Positions 55,655 through 64,000 of a stretch of 64,000 bases of DNA are shown here, in pieces. Source of the stretch: Rhina ancylostomus. Taxonomy: Eukaryota. The stretch's first letter is position 1. Each line of letters starts with the position of its first letter. A model generated the notes under the pieces. It worked only from the letters and a program-made list of their open reading frames with translations, did not search any database and was not told the DNA's origin. The translations under genes were made by a program, and so were the position numbers. The stretch spans positions 14,495,032-14,559,031 of the forward strand of contig JARFYF010000061.1 of NCBI GenBank assembly GCA_030265395.1, in the 5' to 3' direction.

Positions 55655-56850
55655 CCCAGATGAGGTGCCAGGTGGCTGGAGGATAATACATTTATTCAAG
55701 AAGGGCAGCAGGGATAAGTCTGAATTTAATGTCAGTTGTAGGGAAGCTATTGGGAAAAAAAGTTATGAGGGAGAGGATTAATCTACACTTGGAAAGGCAG
55801 GGTTAATCATCGGTAACATTGCTTTGTTAGGGGGCAGTCCTGTCTGGCAATTTGACTGAATTTTTCAAAGAAGTAACAGTGTGTTTTATTGAGGGCAGTG
55901 TGACAATATAGTCTACGTGGTCTTTTGTAATGCCTTTGACAGTGTCTCACATCAGGGACTGATAAAGTCAGAGCCCATGAGATCCAAGGCAAGTTGTAAA
56001 ACTGAATCCAAAATTGGCTTGGTAATCAGAGCTAGATGGTGATGGTGGAAATTTTGTGATTGGACACCTGTGACCATTTGTACTGCAGGGATTGGTGCTT
56101 GGACCCTAACTCTTTGTTATATCCATTAAAGATTTGGATGTGAATGTAGAAAGTAAGGTAAATAAGATAGTTATGAAATTCAAAATGATATAGATGAGGT
56201 AGTAAGATGGGCAGAGCAATGGCAGATGGAATTTAATCCTGATGAATGTGAGATCTTGCATTTACTGGGTCACTAGAAGTTATGATTCAACTTTACAAAA
56301 CATTGGTTGGGCCTCAGCTGGAATACTGTAAATAGCTCTGGTCACCATATGATAGGAAGGATGTGATTGCACTGGGGAACGTGAAGTAATTTTCCAGGAT
56401 GCTGCCTGGAATGGAGCGTTTCAGTCAGAAGAGACTGAAAAACACGATGGTGCTGGAGGAACTCAGCAGGCCAGGCAGCATCTGTCAACAGCAAAGCAGG
56501 CAGTCAACGTTTTGGGTCAGGACCCTTCTTCAGGACTGTCAGGACAAAACTAGGAGGGGTACAGATAGTAAGAAACGTCTCCCCACACCAAAAGCCTGTA
56601 AAACTAGATGGTGTAACGTAGGAGGTTTAGGAAGGATCTGAGGAAGAATTTTTTTGCCCAAAGGATGTTTGGAATCTAGAAATGGCATCGGAAACAAAGA
56701 GATACAACATTTAATAAGTAACTAGATGAGAATTTAAATTGCCAAGACAGAAGGCTAAGGGGCAAATGCTGGAAAATGGGATTAGTATAGATGTTCATGG
56801 TGAGTTGAGGAGCCTGTTTCTGTGCTGTATGACTCTGATTCTATCTATGA
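55655..56850 (+). mobile_element. CR1 LINE RT/3' fragment, old and internally deleted
   Basis: gaggtgccaggtggctggagg...ttattcaagaaggg; atggcagatggaatttaatcctga; tttacaaaacattggtt...ctggaatactgt; gcctgtttctgtgctgtatgactct tail. Confidence 0.85.
56501..56538 (-). ncRNA. Minimal type I hammerhead ribozyme motif (degenerate) in a Penelope terminal-repeat fragment
   Basis: Minus strand reads CAGTC-CTGAAGA-A-GGGTC-CT-GACCC-AAAAC-GTT-GACTG: helix I (CAGTC/GACTG), CUGAnGA core, helix II. GAAA has become AAAA. Confidence 0.65.
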
Positions 56851-56889
56851 CTGTATGCATGTGATATAACACTTGCTCTTTTACATCTT

Positions 56890-57450
56890 TCCTTCTCCCC
56901 AGCTAATACCCTAGACAGTAGTACTGAGTGCTGCTGCTCAGAATGTGGTATGGTCAACAAAAGGAAACCAAATGCAGATTGGATGGCTGCTTTGTGGAAC
57001 ATCCTTTCCCAGTATACACACAGTAAACTCCCTCACCTGGGCTATCACTTTAATTTCTCTCAAAAGCCTGATCTGGCCCTTACTGTCTTCAGCCTCCTAT
57101 GTAGTTCCAATGAAGGTCAATATAAGCTTGAGATATAGAACCTCATTTTCCATCAGACATGATGTGGCCCTCCAGACTCAGCATAAATTCCTGATTATGA
57201 CTCTGCTATTTCCACTTGTATTCCTCTGGAGCCAACTTCTGTTTCTTTAGTTCTCCCATTACTGACCTTTGTTTCTTTTACCTTACACTATTATCCCTTT
57301 TATCATTTAATCTTTCACACATTTCACAGATATTTCGTTATGTTCCTTGCTTCACCTTTTCTTTGCATCTTACAACTTGTTACATTGATTTTCTGATGGA
57401 AGGTCGTTGACCTGAACATTTAACACTGTTTCTCTCTACTTAACTGCCAA
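56890..57450 (+). mobile_element. Penelope-like element remnant (GIY-YIG + terminal repeat with degenerate hammerhead core)
   Basis: CCSECGMV../ETKCRLDGCFVEH; aagcttgagatatagaacctcattttcc; ctgatggaaggtcgttgacctgaac at 57393. Confidence 0.72.
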
Positions 57451-59002
57451 ACAGCTTTTTTGTGCTTTCATTTTACACTGTAGTAGGTTAGGATATAGAG
57501 TTTACTGTAGAAAGTTTTGGAGAGGAGTCACAAATTCTTGGTAAAGGGAATTTTAGTTCCTTATTAAGGAGAAAATGTAAATGAGGCTGGGGCTGAACAG
57601 AAGAACAAGACTGCATTAGTTATGTCATACAATGAAAACCATTGGCACAAACTTGAGCCAAATGATACAATACTGTGAAGTAATATTCTGATTCCATGAA
57701 TTTATTGTACAGGAATTGTTTTTTAACATGTCTCTGAAAGCTGCAATATAAATCAAGAACACTTTTAATAGAAATACCACAGCTTGCAGCAGTCATTACT
57801 GTTCCCAAGACAAAATTATTGAAATTAAAGATTTGTTACAATTAAAGATATCTCTGAGTAAACCTAGATTCAGTGTGGTGAAGGATGTCACACAGCACCA
57901 AGCTAAGTTGGTGCTGAATGATAAACCAGTGTGAAGACCCTTAACTTTGCAGCACAGAATTTGGATTCTTTCACATCAGCTGTTCTGATATCACTATGAC
58001 ATGAAGGATTATGGCCTGATTTATGTTACAGGTATGTCCCCAATTAGTCAAGCACACACTTCATGCAAGAGTGACGGAATAAATGGGGAACTTCTGCTCT
58101 AGCTGATTGGGGTGAATTTAGTTTTTTGGAAAGTAATGGGACATCCCCACTCCCCCAATTAAAGTGTTCTCTAAGTATATAAGATTGATTGAAACACATT
58201 CTATTATATAAGAAATGTTTTACCAGACTTTCAGAAACGTTATATGATAGCCTTGGACTTTACTGTTTTTTTTAAACAGTGACTGTTAATGTCAAAAAGT
58301 ATTTGTGGTTTATCAGCAGTGATGAAATAATGAAAGAAATGTTTTCAAACTGAAACGCCACGCATTTTTGTCTTACTGACATTAATGCAATCAGTAAACA
58401 AGTGGCATCACACTATAGCATTGGTAAATGACCTTGCCTTTATAGTTTTGGCTTATTTTTCAATTGTACTAATTTCCATCATTGTTGTTCACTACTTTGT
58501 TTGACTAGCAGTCAGACTAAATCAACAAATGACTGCTGGTTATGCATTCACATACGCACACAAAAGTTTGTACTGTCTTATCAGAAGACAAAAATGTTAT
58601 TGAATCAAAACACCCGATGACTCACGGGCAGATGGTTCCATTTACAGATGCATCACCTAATTTGCAACACGTTTGCACTTGATTTTGCAATTGGTGAATG
58701 AGATATACAGTAAACAAAAAATATGGCAGCTTGCTTGTATTTAATTGTATGACCTTTAAATTTGCAGTTAAGCTCCTTAGAGCAACTTCCTTAATATGTC
58801 TCTCAGTAAGCCAAGTGAACGCTGTCTGGTTTGAGTATATTAAAATTGGTGTAAAGTTGAAATTGGTACATGATTATTCAAATTATTAATGTTTATCTTA
58901 CAACTGTTAGCAGTCAGCTCATGCAAGTCATCAGATGAAAATGGCAGGCAGGAGAACAAACACCATTTGGTTCATCAAAGCCTTTACTCGGCAAGGTAAC
59001 TG

Positions 59003-59310
59003 AGGTGGTACAGCAGGTAGTGCTGCTGCCTCATTGATCCAATGACCTGGGTTCAATGCACACCTCCATTGTCTGTGTTGAATTTACACGTCCTCCCCAT
59101 GACCATTGAATTTCCCCTGGTGCTCTAGATTCCTCCAGATCCCAAAGATCTGCTAGTTGATAGGTTAATTGGTTACCTTATAATGGTAGAAGAGTCTGGG
59201 TGGAGTTGATTAGCCTGTGTGAGAGAGCAGTTTACCAGGAAATAGGTGGAGGAACAGGATAAATGGGTTTGCTCTGAGAGCTGGCATGGACTCGATGGGT
59301 CCAATGGTTA
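59003..59310 (+). mobile_element. Older V-SINE
   Basis: ggtggtacagcaggtagtgctgctgcctca...gacctgggttcaat...cccaaaga...ggttaattgg...ggactcgatggg. Confidence 0.8.
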
Positions 59311-60034
59311 TTGTAAAGAAATATGAGAAATCAGATCAAGTCACTTGCAACCTCCCTGCAACCAGATAATCTCGTGTTGGAGGGGAAACAAATCAGAGAC
59401 GTAGATTAATAGCGTTAAATTCCTTTATATTAGATTAACAAAAATTGTTCTTTTCAGAAGGATCACACTTAGTTTTCAGTTATTTTACTGCTGTTAGTTT
59501 TAATTAATTTGCTCATGGGTGTGAAAACATCACAGGCAAGGCCAGTATCAATTGGCTTGTTACGGAAAGGCTTGTGAGACCACTTCAGATTGCAAATAAG
59601 ATTCAAACATGTTGGTGCTTCTGGTGTCTGTGCAATAAAACGCATCCTCTATCAGTTATTAAAGTTTAAGTACTGGTAGGACATTTAGATATTTCAAAAT
59701 AAATTTAGTCAAAGAACCTTGTTTATTATTGAGAAGAGAAGGATTTTGACCCAGAGGAGTAAGAAAAGACAAGTTAATTTGAAAGTAGCAGCAAAGGAGA
59801 TAATTTTCAAAGTGCTACAAGAATAAGGTTGAAGTAGTGAAAATGACAAACACCGTCTGAGTTTCTTATTATTTGGAACTGACATGGTATTTGTTTGTGT
59901 CCGTAAGGAGATATTGGTGCTTATTTGAACTTGATAATAATGTGTTGAAACTAAAGCTAGAACATTGTATGCAATTTATAGAGCACCTTCCACATAAGCA
60001 AATAATGATATGTAGAATGAAGTCAAGAGTTTAT

Positions 60035-60600
60035 TCCTCCTTCCCATCTCCAGTCTTAAAACCCTGCAACTCCAATCTATCTCACCTCTACTTCCTTTGC
60101 TCCATCATTGACAAATGTGCATTCAGCAACCTAGGTCTAAACTCTGGAAATCTCTCCCTACCTCTCACATTTCTCTCTACCTCCATCCTCTTAAGACACT
60201 CTTTAAAACCTATTCCTTTGACCAAACCTTTAATATTCCATTGTAGCGATGGACTATGCACTGAGCTAGGAATAAGGACGCGCAGTCAGTAAGTTGAACT
60301 CGAGACTGGTTTATTTCGAACTTTGCCATACTCGCTTTTAAACAGTTAAGTTCCCATCCTCACCGGGTGGAAATGACGTCCAAGGTGCGTCACCAAACGC
60401 TCTTCCCGCACGCGGGCTTTCTCCCCTCGCTGTTGAAGAAGGCGGCCCAGCGCTGTTTGGCGACCAGCCTCTCTGCCGATGCACGCGCCGTTTTCGGAGC
60501 CGGTTCACCTGCGTCAAAGGTGGGTCGCCACACCATCCAAATTTTCTCTTTTTTGGCTCAGTTTCAATTATTGTCTGAATTTGCACCTGTCACACTCCTT
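60035..60600 (+). mobile_element. L2-like LINE 3' end, split by the solo LTR
   Basis: gcattcagc...ctctggaaatctctccct...taagacactctttaaaacctattcctttgaccaa, continuing after 60536 as tttttggctcagtttcaa. Confidence 0.6.
60242..60532 (-). mobile_element. Solo LTR (Gypsy-like), 291 bp, young
   Basis: Termini TGTAGCGA...TCGCCACA (7/8 inverted repeat, TG..CA). 4-bp TSD CCAT at 60238-60241 and 60533-60536. Minus-strand TTTAAAA then AATAAA (~60340, ~60312). CpG-rich. Confidence 0.9.
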
Positions 60601-61649
60601 TGGCCCAGATTAGTTGTTTTTAGTTTATTGGAAAAATGGGTCATGCCAGTTTGCTCTCAGTTTGTGTTTCACAATTACTCATTGCATAAACAACTGAAGA
60701 ACTAGGAGCATTACAACAATGACTAAGATGTTTTGTCATGAAACCTTACCACCCTCACTTAATAAAAATCTCAGTCCAAAAGGATTCGAATGATCCAATA
60801 TCCTCAGTCATTCAAGGGAGTGTATTCCAGATTACCACAATCACATAATTCCGATGATCTGAACAGTCAAGTCATTTTCGGATTAGTATCCCAATTTACT
60901 GGAAATTACTGGATGATTTTATTTTGGTTTAAAACAGTAGTTGATTGTAGTTATCTGTGGTAGATAAACTGTATACCTTTTGTAAGCTTTTAAGCATTAG
61001 CAAAGTGGGAATTTGAAGAGATTTGACAAACACCTACAGTTTTAACTATGCTTCCATCTTGCATCTTGACAATATTACATTGTGGTGCTCCAACTTAATG
61101 GAAAATTGTCATATAGTTTTGGAAAGTTTGAAATGTTTTTCTTTGGTGTAGCAAGTGAGACAAAGGTAAGCAACAAAATTCCACCTTTCTCATGAGCTGA
61201 AGTAGAACTTGAGCAATAAATTGCAAAATAATGTTAGCAACTCACAGTACAGATTTAAAGAACTGCAGTGTTCACGTGGACTGTGCCATCTGTCTCTGTG
61301 TGTACTGAGATAAATAGTCCTGATAATACAGAAGCTCACCTGTCCGAATAGATTTAGATAAGGACTGGGCAGAGTTTTGTATTTATTATTCTGTAAGATG
61401 TGTGGTTTTACTTGTAATGCCATACTCTTCATTCACAAAAACTCCAGCCGATTAATATTTTTTTACTGTGAGCTGTGCAAACAGTAAATGATTATTGCAT
61501 TATTACAGTCAAACTCATACATTGTTGCAAGTCAGAAATGTGTTGGTGAACCATGAGCTTCCTAAGCTTTTAATTTCCTTTTTTTTTGAATTGACTTTCC
61601 AAAATTGTTTAACACAATCAATTAACATTTAGTCAGGGTGAATAGAATG

Positions 61650-62350
61650 GGATAAAAGTCACTGAGGAGCTTCAGTCCATGCATTGGTTTACATCACCAC
61701 AAGGATGTCACATGACTGGTACCGTATTCCTGCCGGGCCAACTACAGCTTCACCCACCCTGTCATCTCCATCAACCAGTCCCCTATGTGGCAACAGAAAC
61801 ACTGCCACATGGGAATTAATGCCAGAGAGGCTGACAGACCCAGCAAAGAAACCTCTCCACGGACAGTGCTCTCAAATAGCCTGATGATTCTCAACCAACA
61901 GGAGATTCAGAATGTCCACCTGCGTCTGGTCTGGCCTGAAGTCTGCAATAATACAAAGGGACTAAGCTTCTCTACCAGAGAACACCAAGGTTGGTTTAAT
62001 GAGAATCACCAGGACATCATTCCTCAGCAATGTCAAGACCACCTTGGCAGAATGCCCAGGTACCCACTCTGCTGAGTGCCAAGAATGGAGGTGCACATAG
62101 CAAGGACAGTAAGGCAGTTAGCTTTTGCTGAAGGAGCACTTCAATGATCTCCTCAAGAGGATGAAAACAACAATGCATTTTGAGAAGACAAAATCCCTGC
62201 TAATGGTGGAGAATTACTCTTGGCTCAAATTCATGACCTTATTTTCCTAATCCGGGAAGAGGAGAGGGCCGAGGATCTCACAGGTGTCATAATGACACCA
62301 TTTTAAAGAAAAACAATAATCCAATTGCAGTATCAAGAGCGGGGTCTCTA
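61650..62350 (+). mobile_element. RTE-clade LINE remnant
   Basis: GLSFSTREHQGWFNENHQDI and caaattcatgaccttattttcctaatccgggaagagg (IHDLI..I.EEE), matching the other RTE copies. Confidence 0.7.
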
Positions 62351-62671
62351 AGCTGAAGAGGTTTGCAAGACAGAAATGCTGGGTTTCTAACCTGCCCCAC
62401 CTCAGCTCAGACCTTGAAAACCCTCAGTGCTCACCTATCCCTGATACTGACTAACTCTTAAATGGTCTTTCAACGGCCCCTCCCTACCCAGCCTCCATCC
62501 ACCATGGACCCTGTCTCTCTCAGTCCTTCATAGTTTAGATCTTTTCAGGCTCAGAACCAACCCACTTCCTCCCCAACAATGAAAATGTTACCAAGAGTGC
62601 AAGTTTGCTGAACAAACGTTCTTGAGTCCTATCCCCACTTTGTATTCCAAAAGCAGGTTCCAGTGTCAAAT

Positions 62672-62930
62672 GGTAACTGGTAATTGGTTTATTGTTGTCG
62701 CACATACTGAGGTACAGTGAAAAGATTTTGGCTGCATACCATCCAGACAGATCATTCCATACATAAGGACATCGAGGTAGTACACGGTGATAACGGAATG
62801 CAGAATATAGTGTTACAGTTGCAGAGAAAGTGCTGTGCAGGCAGACAGATAAAGTGCAAAGGCCACGACGAGGTAGATCAAGAGATCAAGAGTTTGTGGT
62901 GACTTACCTTTCACGAACCGGCTCCCACGA
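62672..62930 (-). mobile_element. Rex1-like LINE 3'UTR/tail
   Basis: ggtaattggtttattgttgtc...gaggtacagtgaaaag pattern (minus-strand AATAAA plus short tandem tail). A similar short piece lies at ~43710-43770. Confidence 0.6.
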
Positions 62931-64000
62931 TTGCGAGCGTTGTCGGAGGNNNNNNNNNNNNNNNNNNNNNNNNNNNNNNNNNNNNNNNNNNNNNNNNNNN
63001 NNNNNNNNNNNNNNNNNNNNNNNNNNNNNNNNNNNNNNNNNNNNNNNNNACATTCCGTACCACAGAAAATAAAAAAAAAGTTAACACCAGCCTGTGCTGA
63101 TTGTGTGTGATGAGTATATGAAAAGTAACTGTTCTGATGCACATCTCCAGACCATGGGGAGACCACTGGGAGACCAAAGATGTTATGGAGATATTCAGAA
63201 ATTTAAGTAAATATGTAAATTGCCATGTTCCATGCGACAAGAATGGAAGAACCTATTATTCTGAATCTGAGAAGTAATGAGGAAACTACAGTTGATCTCA
63301 ATAAACCGAGGAGATAAAGGAGACAACACTAAGAATTAAAAGTAACTCACTAATTAAAGAGTGCCCTCTAATAAGGGGCAAAACAGACTTAATCCAAATA
63401 GGCTCAGTATCCTTTGATGAAATGGTTGGGTGATTTGAAGATTTTGAAAATCACATCACTTGTGATGCCCAAGTGAAATCAATCATCCATGTAAAACACC
63501 AAATGTGTTGAAGAAAACACTTGCAAGAGATGGAACAGAAAGGGGATTCCAGCCAAAATCACCATATGAATGAGAACACAGAACCCCAAAGAATGGCTGA
63601 CGATATCCATGTGCTTAAAGAGCTAGAATCACTCAATCAAGAGGAAACACCAGCCAACTCCAATTCTGGAATAACTTACACCAGTATTGGCATCGTCCAG
63701 AGCTTTCAGCACACTTTATGGTAAAATGGTCATGGGAGTGTGAGGCTGGTTGAGGAATTTTTCCTATTGATAACATTCAACATGTCATTTGGATGATGTG
63801 AGTTCCACCATCTGTAGTTGGCTTTAGAGTAAGCCAGGACATATTTCAGCAGTAAGAAGATGAGACTTAGAGAGGATGTAAGACAGTAGTGGGCATAGAA
63901 GGTGACATCCAGATCTGTGCATTGACTGACAATGCCCAAGACTATCATCTCCACAAGGTAGTGGAAAGAACCAGACAAGCTGAGCTTCATTAAATGCAGA

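Noticed and set aside
52300-64000. Possible 3' exons of GNB5/BCL2L10-type downstream neighbours, and unexplained sequence at 52.7-54.1 kb
   Set aside because: No WD40 or BH-motif translation was recognised. The 52.7-54.1 kb stretch may be a decayed transposon, but I cannot support a call.

Overview
Vertebrate genomic DNA from a gapped draft scaffold (many 100-N and 10-N gaps). The repeat content (V-domain tRNA SINEs, CR1/HER1-type LINEs, Rex1, RTE, Penelope, Deu-type SINE) points to a cartilaginous fish, probably a ray or relative (inference). One complete protein-coding gene is present: MAPK6/ERK3 on the + strand, with five coding exons (34942-35496, 47026-47170, 47510-47674, 48066-48267, 49556-50687; 2199 nt, 732 aa + stop). 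It has a CpG-island promoter at ~29.8-30.7 kb, a long uORF-packed 5'UTR and a ~1.3 kb 3'UTR. The rest is intergenic or intronic sequence full of decayed transposable elements, plus a young solo LTR with a 4-bp TSD and a TA-flanked MITE. I cannot support a wholly new gene system. The best leads are (i) chains of stop-start-coupled uORFs in the MAPK6 leader, (ii) a perfect 3'UTR hairpin that half-buries a let-7 8mer site, (iii) minimal hammerhead-ribozyme motifs in Penelope-derived repeats, (iv) apparent loss of degron/Cdk1 phosphosites in the ERK3 tail, and (v) an orphan 15-nt microexon signature. Repeat family names and comparisons to human ERK3 come from my recognition and recall, not database searches. 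Repeat boundaries are approximate unless TSDs or TIRs are quoted.
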